Source: Pseudomonadota bacterium
GTDB taxonomy: Bacteria; Pseudomonadota; Alphaproteobacteria; JAGOMX01
Assembly (NCBI GenBank): GCA_039714795.1
Contig: JBDLIP010000001.1
Coordinates: 1 to 47,328 of the forward strand
Direction: 5' to 3'
Length of the DNA: 47,328 bases
Each line of letters begins with the position of its first letter. Position 1 is the first letter of the stretch. Made by a program: the position numbers and the translations under genes. The notes under the pieces were generated by a model that was given only the letters and a program-made list of their open reading frames with translations, searched no databases and was not told where the DNA came from. Shown here piece after piece: positions 19,092 through 25,399 of this stretch.

Positions 19092-19946
19092 CTAGATATA
19101 CATCTCGTTATCTTCAGAGATAAACTTTTTGTCGTAACCTTCAAACATACAGCGCTCAACCACGTAGGCTTGGGAAAATTCCGTTTTAATACTCTGAAAC
19201 ACGACAGGAAACGGAACTGATATCGGCTGATCACCAGAAAAAGCAAGGCGTTTTTCGAGAGCCTCTCGCTGGCCGCCAATCCAATCAACCCTTTTCTCAT
19301 AAGGTGTACTGGGGTGTATTTTGTGGCTCCGCATACGATAAAGTCCAATGGCGTGCATATAGAGCTCTTTAAGGGCGCCCTGTTCAGCTTGAACCTCGTG
19401 CTCGTTTGCAGCCGCTGCACAGACAAGACCTTCTTCGATTTGCGCATAAAAGATAACAAGCTTTACATTCTTATCCGCTAACTTAGGCCAAATCGCATAA
19501 AAACTGGAAAAACAAAATTCCTTGTCAATTCCTTGAAAAAAGCTTTTGTTTTCTTCATTAACCGCCTCTCTGACTTTGTAGGCGATGTCTTTATTTTCAA
19601 ACCATTCGGGCCATGCATACCTCTCCAACATTTCCCTGTAGGCAATGCTTTTTGCTTTGCGTTGGGCTTTTGCTTTCTGAAAAATAAAAGGATAAGCTGC
19701 AAAACCAGTCGAAGAATTAGCCGTTGAGGATTGATATGCTTTCCGTTCAACGTATTCTGACTGGGCTTTCATAACCGCCTTATACCAAGAAAAATCAGCA
19801 CCACACGCAATACGAGTAAAAATATTGCCAGCTCTTCCCGATTGATCATTAAGGCTACAAATGTACGCCTCCCCCACTTTCAGCTTTTGCAGCGAGAAAG
19901 TCGGAAGAAATTTAGAAAGGTAATTAAAACGAACTTTTTCCAGCAT
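19092..19946 (-). CDS. Hypothetical protein with YcaO-like motif pattern (short 'mini-YcaO' candidate)
   Basis: 284-aa ORF. Three motifs occur in YcaO order. 'KAQSEYVERKAY' resembles E. coli YcaO 'SALGEYFERLS' (recalled from memory). 'SSTGFAAY...AYREMLERYAW' resembles 'VSNGMSAGN...LSEVFERYV'. 'AAAANEHEVQAEQGALKELY' resembles 'FGAHPDFGVALERTVTELL'. A proline motif 'SVPFPVV' lies near the C-terminus. Spacing between motifs 1 and 2 is far shorter than in canonical YcaO. The gene is likely real, but the function is tentative. Confidence 0.45.
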   Translation of the reverse strand: MLEKVRFNYLSKFLPTFSLQKLKVGEAYICSLNDQSGRAGNIFTRIACGADFSWYKAVMKAQSEYVERKAYQSSTANSSTGFAAYPFIFQKAKAQRKAKSIAYREMLERYAWPEWFENKDIAYKVREAVNEENKSFFQGIDKEFCFSSFYAIWPKLADKNVKLVIFYAQIEEGLVCAAAANEHEVQAEQGALKELYMHAIGLYRMRSHKIHPSTPYEKRVDWIGGQREALEKRLAFSGDQPISVPFPVVFQSIKTEFSQAYVVERCMFEGYDKKFISEDNEMYI

Positions 19947-20169
19947 TATTAACCTCCGCTAGTCTTTACAATCAAACAAAATACCCAGCCACTGTACCAA
20001 ATCTCCATCTCAATTGATACTTTTTTTAACTCACTAACATTAATTATATATATTCTTTTTCAATCTTTGACATGATGTTTCTGACGTCAAAAAACTCGAC
20101 TCCTAGCCACAATGACTGGCCATCCGAAACTAGAATGAGCTAATAACCCTAGAAAGAATTATCAACAAG

Positions 20170-20298
20170 CTACAAAATATCTCTCCCAAGTTCCGTCTGT
20201 TCAGAAAGGTTTTCTGCATTCGCGCGATAATTTTCCGCCACAAAACAAAACACCTGCGCCACCAAAATCGCCGATAATAATAGGCAAAATCTTTTCAT
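20170..20298 (-). CDS. Small exported or membrane-anchored peptide, paralogue 2 (42 aa)
   Basis: 'MKRFCLLLSAILVAQVFCFVAENYRANAENLSEQTELGRDIL'. SD 'ggag' lies 10 nt upstream of the ATG at 20298. TAG replaces the CAG of paralogue 1. The ORF track misses it because another frame is longer. Confidence 0.5.
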   Translation of the reverse strand: MKRFCLLLSAILVAQVFCFVAENYRANAENLSEQTELGRDIL

Positions 20299-20529
20299 TT
20301 TCTATCTTCTCCACAAATTGGGGGTACACACCCCTCACTTGCGAGCATCCTAATATTTGCCAGCTAGAAAGGCAAGAAAATATGATAACCAAGTTTGAGA
20401 GATTTTTCTAACTCACTGACATTGGCGGGAGATGTATCTTCTTTTTCAAGTTCTGATACGATCTTTCTCAAAAAAAAACCAACCCCCCAACCAAAATAAT
20501 CGGCCATACAAAACAATAATTAGCTAATG

Positions 20530-20676
20530 TTAGTTAGTATTATCAACAAGCTGCAAAATATCTCTCCCAAGTTCCATCCGCTCAGAAAGGTTCTCTGCAT
20601 TTGCGCGACAATTTTCCGCCACAAAACAAAACACCTGCGCTACTAAAATTGCTGATAGCAGATAAAATCTTTTCAT
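20530..20676 (-). CDS. Small exported or membrane-anchored peptide, paralogue 1 (48 aa)
   Basis: 'MKRFYLLSAILVAQVFCFVAENCRANAENLSERMELGRDILQLVDNTN'. SD 'ggagg' lies 9 nt upstream of the internal ATG at 20676. It has a positively charged n-region plus a 17-aa hydrophobic stretch. It begins 61 nt after the STAND stop. Confidence 0.55.
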   Translation of the reverse strand: MKRFYLLSAILVAQVFCFVAENCRANAENLSERMELGRDILQLVDNTN

Positions 20677-20737
20677 TTTCCACTTCCTCCATAATTGGGC
20701 CTCAAACACCACTCCCGGGCATCCTAATCTCTGACAG

Positions 20738-23700
20738 TTAGAAAGGCAAGAAAATATGATAACCAAAACTAAGAGAGTTTTCTAACTCACTGACATTAGC
20801 AGTAGATGTATCTTCGTTTTCAAGTGCTGATGCGATCTTCTCAATATTTATATGCTGGGGGAGGTAAAAATCCTTGAAAACTCTCAAGGATTTTTTCAAT
20901 AATTCTTTTTTTTCCGTGTTTTCTAGGGTTAGTGCCAGATTGGCCATGGCCATGGCAGTGGTGGGATGATTTTTGCCATAAGAATGGCGGATTGTTTTAA
21001 GTGATTGCTGCAAAAGTTTTCTGGCATTCTGGACATCTCCAAGCAAACGGTAGACATTTCCTAAGTTTGCAGAAACTATGGCCGCTAAGAGATGACCTTC
21101 TCCATATTTCTCGTTAAGCTTTTCAATAGATTTTATGAGCAGTTTTTTACTTTGCAAATAATCTCCTAAAATGCAATGAACAATTCCCATACGCGCAATT
21201 AGAATGGAAATCCATGCATTGGTTGTATTATCATCCTTTTCAACAAATTTGAACGCTTCAGCCAAAAGCTGTTTGCTTTCAGAAGTCTTGTGTGTTGCAG
21301 CACAAGCCAGGGCTAGATTTACCATTGAAAGCGCGGTCCAAATGTGACTGTCTCCATGCAATTTTCTGCGTATTTTTAGGGCATTTCGAAAATATGTTTC
21401 GCTTTTTTGTAAATGACCTAAATCATAATAAACAAATCCCAACAGGATCTGATTGTACGCTAGACTAGAAATTGATGTGGGACTTTGAGAGTTTATGTAA
21501 AGAGCATCATCCAGTATCGTCTTTCCCTCTATCCTTAGACCCAACACATAATTAATCCACCCTAGCATATATAACACCTGAGCCGTTTCGGCATGATTGT
21601 TACCATAATGTTTCTGGTAGAGCACTAGTGTTTGGGCAAGCACGTTTTTGACCGTACGAAACTCCCCTAACAACATGTGTGCTGTACCATACCGGAAAAG
21701 TGCGAGTGCTGTTTTAGGGTGCTCTTTCCCATAGGTTTTTTCACTAATTGCGGCAATTTTTTTAAAAGCGTCTCGCTTTTTAAAGCTTTTGCCCAAATGG
21801 TGATAAACGGAACCCAATAAAGTTAAAATATGCAAGTTGGTTGGATGATTTTCACCATACAGAGATTCATTAATCTTCAAGGCTTCTTCTAAGATATGTT
21901 CTGCTTTATGGGGCTCATTTAAAACACGATAGGTAAGAGTGTAGATAGAAACCTGAGTTTCATCCGAGGTAAAGGAGCTGACCTCTTTTAGAAACTCTTC
22001 CAACCGAGGGATTGTTTGATCTATTAAATGACGTTCTTTGTTAGAAAGATCCGTATTCTTTGTCCTTCCGGGATATATTTCATCAATAACAACTTTCATC
22101 CCTTTCAAATAGGTCAGTCTTTGTTCCTGATCTAATTTATTCCTGAGCCAGCTAGAGACCAAGCGGTGAACCGAGATATCGTCACCTGAGATTTTTATCA
22201 AAGAGTATTGCCGCAAAATACCGAGCAACCTATTCAATTCGCATTCTGATTTATTATTATTGCCTTCAGATAAGTACCGCACCAAAAGCGATTTGGGAAT
22301 GCTTGCTGGCTGACAAAAAGAGATAAAATTCAGCAAATCAAGCGCCTTCTCACCGTCTTTTGTTTTCTTAATAGAGTTTAAACTAAGTTCCCATGTCGCA
22401 TAGACCGGGTCATGTGTAATATTCAAAGGTGTATTGCTATCGGATAACAGATGTTCTCTTTCAGTTTCATACAATTTTAGATAGTTCGAAATTGAAATGG
22501 CGTTTTCTGTGATATAACCTGCGGCTTGAGATATAGCTAAAGGGGTATAATGCAACTCGTTTAATAGTTTGGCAGCTCTTTGTTTATAGAGCGGTCCTTT
22601 CTGAAAGTTAGAAGGAAGTTGCGCTTCGAGCAAGGCAAAAGATTCCTTTTTTGTCATCACGTCAACCTCAACTGCATTTTTTAGCTTATGGTTGCTTGAG
22701 GTTACGATGATGTGAGCATTATTGGGTAGGTAGTCGTATAGCATAACCATATTTGGTGCATTATCATAGACTAGTAGGGTGCTCCCCTTATTTTCAATCC
22801 AAGTTTTTACTTCCCTAATTTTTTGCGCATCAGACATATTATCGGAAAACAGCTTCAGTTTGTTCCCTATCTCAAAATAATCCACCTTTAATGACGATTC
22901 ATTTTCTGCATTAAGCCATGCTCTAAATTTATAGGATTGCCTAGGATAGTGAATGGCATACATCGCTAAAAAAGTCTTACCGATGCCTCCCAATCCAACC
23001 ACCCCTATGATCTTTGTTGATTGTTTTGCTTGATCTTTGTCCTCAAATTGACTCCATATAGAATCCAGCAGTTCGGTTCGCTTAATATAAGGGTCTGGCA
23101 GCAAAGGGAGGTTCCACTTGAGCATTGAAGCACCCTGCTCTTTTGCAGAAGGTGCTGGCGATGATGGTAATGTTGCATGTACAGAAGAGCTATTGTTTTG
23201 CTTGTCTGTATCCCAATATTTTATATTTAAAGTTAAGAGTACTACACAGATTACTCCAAAAAAAGTTACACTAGTCGCAATGAATTTTAAATAAAAATCT
23301 CTGTTTAGTTCTAGCCTTGCTGCTTGTCTTGGCGTATCTGGCTCCGGCATTTTAGCTATGTTTTGTGTTTTAAATTCATCAAAAGATTCACTGATTTTTG
23401 CTTTTGGCAATAGCGTAGCTAAAAGATTCAAGACAAACAGGTAGTAGTTATCAAAATCTCCCAGGGCAAAGCACCCTAAGCACGAGTCAGATTTTTGCAC
23501 GTCTTTGAAAGAGGTTACTGGATCAAGCGAGAGAAAAATTGTTTGCATTCCCTCCTTTTGATGTTCTGGATTGCTAAGTTCTGACGTATCAGCACCAATG
23601 ATGACAACATAAAAATCTGGGAAGGTGCTTGGTGAGATTTCTATCAGCTGGATTCCCGACAGCTCAAGATGCCTTTTCAAACGTTTTATGTTCTCTGAAC

Positions 23701-24124
23701 TAGATTTCACCTTTGTAGAATCGTAATGAATGTGACAGGCAAGTTTTTTTTCGTTCGTCAGACGAGCGATTTCCTTCAGTTCTTTTTCGAAATTTACTTG
23801 CACAGTCAACTGCTTATAATGCTGCCTGAGCAGATCATCTTTTCCAGATCGTTCGATAAATTTGCGGATACTATGACGGCCACTTGATCCTATTTTTTGC
23901 CCGACCGTATTAATATGCGTTTCCACCGTACTTGGCGCAATTGCAAGTCGTGCAGCCACAGATTTTACATCCCACCCGCTTACGATACAGGCCATAACGT
24001 CGATTTGCCGTCGGGTAAATTCTATTCCCTGTATTACATTTAAATGTTTGGAATATAAATCTTCAAAAACTCTATCTTTTCTATTTAACATAATTTTCAT
24101 CTTCATCTTTGCATTGATAGGCAT
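20738..24124 (-). CDS. STAND-class protein: N-terminal LuxR/GerE HTH, hydrophobic helix, NB-ARC NTPase, C-terminal TPR array
   Basis: 1128 aa. HTH 'FTRRQIDVMACIVSGWDVKSVAARLAIAPSTVETHINTVGQKIG' (aa ~35-80). Hydrophobic helix 'YLKFIATSVTFFGVICVVLLTLN' (aa 278-300, nt 23225-23293). Walker A 'GVVGLGGIGKT' (nt 22973-23002). Walker B 'LLVYDNA', then 'IIVTSSN' and the GLPLA-like 'TPLAISQAAGY'. The last ~400 aa are kinesin-light-chain-type TPRs with a recurring 'YG.xHPxTA....LG' pattern. Confidence 0.85.
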   Translation of the reverse strand: MPINAKMKMKIMLNRKDRVFEDLYSKHLNVIQGIEFTRRQIDVMACIVSGWDVKSVAARLAIAPSTVETHINTVGQKIGSSGRHSIRKFIERSGKDDLLRQHYKQLTVQVNFEKELKEIARLTNEKKLACHIHYDSTKVKSSSENIKRLKRHLELSGIQLIEISPSTFPDFYVVIIGADTSELSNPEHQKEGMQTIFLSLDPVTSFKDVQKSDSCLGCFALGDFDNYYLFVLNLLATLLPKAKISESFDEFKTQNIAKMPEPDTPRQAARLELNRDFYLKFIATSVTFFGVICVVLLTLNIKYWDTDKQNNSSSVHATLPSSPAPSAKEQGASMLKWNLPLLPDPYIKRTELLDSIWSQFEDKDQAKQSTKIIGVVGLGGIGKTFLAMYAIHYPRQSYKFRAWLNAENESSLKVDYFEIGNKLKLFSDNMSDAQKIREVKTWIENKGSTLLVYDNAPNMVMLYDYLPNNAHIIVTSSNHKLKNAVEVDVMTKKESFALLEAQLPSNFQKGPLYKQRAAKLLNELHYTPLAISQAAGYITENAISISNYLKLYETEREHLLSDSNTPLNITHDPVYATWELSLNSIKKTKDGEKALDLLNFISFCQPASIPKSLLVRYLSEGNNNKSECELNRLLGILRQYSLIKISGDDISVHRLVSSWLRNKLDQEQRLTYLKGMKVVIDEIYPGRTKNTDLSNKERHLIDQTIPRLEEFLKEVSSFTSDETQVSIYTLTYRVLNEPHKAEHILEEALKINESLYGENHPTNLHILTLLGSVYHHLGKSFKKRDAFKKIAAISEKTYGKEHPKTALALFRYGTAHMLLGEFRTVKNVLAQTLVLYQKHYGNNHAETAQVLYMLGWINYVLGLRIEGKTILDDALYINSQSPTSISSLAYNQILLGFVYYDLGHLQKSETYFRNALKIRRKLHGDSHIWTALSMVNLALACAATHKTSESKQLLAEAFKFVEKDDNTTNAWISILIARMGIVHCILGDYLQSKKLLIKSIEKLNEKYGEGHLLAAIVSANLGNVYRLLGDVQNARKLLQQSLKTIRHSYGKNHPTTAMAMANLALTLENTEKKELLKKSLRVFKDFYLPQHINIEKIASALENEDTSTANVSELENSLSFGYHIFLPF

Positions 24125-24184
24125 TGATTTACTTTAAGATCAGAATCTATACTTAAAGAAAAATGAACTCCCTATTTTCTGTTA

Positions 24185-24260
24185 CGCTCAAAGCTCAAAG
24201 TGCCTACTTACCAGTGCAAACTCTACGCTTGCAGAATATCATTAAGCTAGAGATTTTCAT
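24185..24260 (-). repeat. Degenerate MITE remnant in the STAND-gene upstream region
   Basis: 'gctcaaagtgcctacttaccagtgcaaactctacgcttgcagaatatcattaagctagagattttcatc' aligns with the core and right arm of the reverse-oriented element. The left arm is absent. Confidence 0.55.
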
Positions 24261-24474
24261 CTGTCATTGGTACGTATCAACAGCACATTTCCTTTTAACA
24301 TAAGTGTTGGGTTCACCGCAAATTTTTACAACAACCAACTAGCGGTATCATCAGGACCGCGGTTTTTGTCCAAATGATTTTTGAGTTTTACTTGTAAAAT
24401 TCAAAATCGTTTGGTAACAAAAACGTATATTTTTGAACCACGCATAAAATTGGAAGTTGTTTCGCTCACATTAC

Positions 24475-24924
24475 TTAGTTATAGTGAGTATTGCTGTGGT
24501 TGATGTTGAAGGCGGTGCCATCTTTAACAAATCCCTGTTCCAATTTTGGAACTGGAGCTTCATCTAACCGCCGGATGTTACCATAAAAAGGAGTGATGAC
24601 AATTTCGGCACTGATGGTGTGAGGGCACTTGCTATGAGGGCATTGGTGACAGGATCCATAACGAACGTACTCCAGCTGACCTTCGATAAAAACCCCATCC
24701 CTTTTTTTGAGGTGCAAGTCAATATACTCTCTGGCCATAAAGTCGGTAACTGTAACCGTGTGCCGCCGGCATCTGATGTAGGTAAACCCGGTGGGCTCTT
24801 CACCAAAATCCCGGGTGATCACACTGAGAATGGTTTGAGCGTGGGTGGTTTTATCCCCCAAAGTATAGGGTGCAGCATCAATATAGCCAAGAAGGGTTAC
24901 TCGGTTGATTGAGTTTGTTTGCAT
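24475..24924 (-). CDS. Divergent SSB-like OB-fold protein without the acidic C-terminal tip
   Basis: 'INRVTLLGYIDAAP', 'EYIDLHLKKRDGVFIEGQLEY.RY' and 'ISAEIVIT' align with E. coli SSB 'VNKVILVGNLGQDP', '[20 protein letters not shown]' and 'YTTEVVVN' (recalled from memory). A Cys/His-rich insert 'SCHQCPHSKCPH' is present (nt 24619-24651). The C-terminus 'NINHSNTHYN' lacks a DDDIPF-like tail. Confidence 0.6.
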   Translation of the reverse strand: MQTNSINRVTLLGYIDAAPYTLGDKTTHAQTILSVITRDFGEEPTGFTYIRCRRHTVTVTDFMAREYIDLHLKKRDGVFIEGQLEYVRYGSCHQCPHSKCPHTISAEIVITPFYGNIRRLDEAPVPKLEQGFVKDGTAFNINHSNTHYN

Positions 24925-25328
24925 GGGAAATTCCTTTTTGTTTTACGTCGCTTGAGTTTATGAAATACCTCAGAGCATTCTTGCCAAGGCATAAACGCGC
25001 GACAACCCACCACTGCAAAAAGAACAGGTGTCTTTTTTCTGACACAATTCTCCATCTCGCCGACCCACCAATGACCAACACAAAGTAGGCTGTTGATCTA
25101 CAGGGCCCCAAAACAAAGGGGATCTGCATAAAATGGTGGTGCCGGGGGTAGGGATGAGATAGAGTAGCGTCAGCCACGGTGTCGATCTCCTATGATCACA
25201 TTGCGGTTAGCGGTAACGTGAGTGTTGTTCTCACTCGGTTGCCGCGCTCATTTTTGATGCTACTCCGGTTGGGTGGCAAAAGCAACCCCCTATTTGTCAA
25301 AGTTGCTCAGTGAAAATGGGCTACCTAC

Positions 25329-25376
25329 GGATCGCCATCCCGGACTTGATCTGGGACAGGATCCAATTATTTTTTT
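25329..25376 (+). terminator. Hairpin plus T-run, candidate intrinsic terminator
   Basis: 'ggatcgccatccc ggacttgatc tgggacaggatcc' is followed by 'aattattttttt'. The T-tract is on the plus strand. On the minus strand it lies 24 nt after the alaS stop but has only a weak T-tract, so the strand assignment is ambiguous. Confidence 0.4.
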
Positions 25377-25399
25377 GCACTTAAACAATTGTCCCAGGC

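Larger units (their letters stand above)
20012..20842 (-). repeat. Tandem array, period ~375 bp (about 2.2 units): [3' end of the STAND gene or its remnant] + [small peptide gene]
   Basis: The STAND 3' end (20738-20842) recurs as remnants at 20364-20469 (near-identical, 1-nt frameshift, stop position preserved) and 20012-20085 (degenerate). Peptide genes at 20530-20676 and 20170-20298 and their spacers are also homologous. Confidence 0.85.

Noticed and set aside
19055-19750. ORFs 19055-19459(-) and 19478-19750(-), overlapping the 284-aa gene in other frames.
   Set aside because: They are out of frame with a longer ORF that has a coherent motif pattern. They have no independent start signals and basic low-complexity composition typical of off-frame translation of AT-rich DNA.
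20201-20766. ORF-track entries 20201-20392(-) and 20530-20766(-), both starting 'MVIIFSCLS...'.
   Set aside because: Their N-terminal parts are out-of-frame readings of the STAND gene's 3' end or its duplicated remnant. The credible genes are the internal or alternative-frame peptide ORFs starting at ATG 20676 and ATG 20298. Each of those has its own SD.
24330-24380. Hairpin 'gcggt atcatcagg accgc' followed by 'ggttttt', a possible plus-strand terminator between the STAND and SSB-like genes.
   Set aside because: The stem is only 5 bp. There is no upstream plus-strand gene. On the relevant (minus) strand it has no T-tract. Too weak to report as a feature.
24925-25399. Possible tmRNA (one- or two-piece), RNase P RNA or SRP RNA in the alaS-proximal spacer. 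Local resemblances on the minus strand are 'aagtccggg' (RNase P P4-like), 'ggagatcgac' (tmRNA 5'-region-like) and '...cggcaccacca'.
   Set aside because: I could not find the partner elements. There is no T-arm GGTTCGA-type loop, no complementary acceptor strand, no alphaproteobacterial ANDN-type tag frame, no second RNase P P4 strand, and no SRP domain IV motif. The matches are short enough to be chance. I keep the region only as a generic candidate structured RNA.
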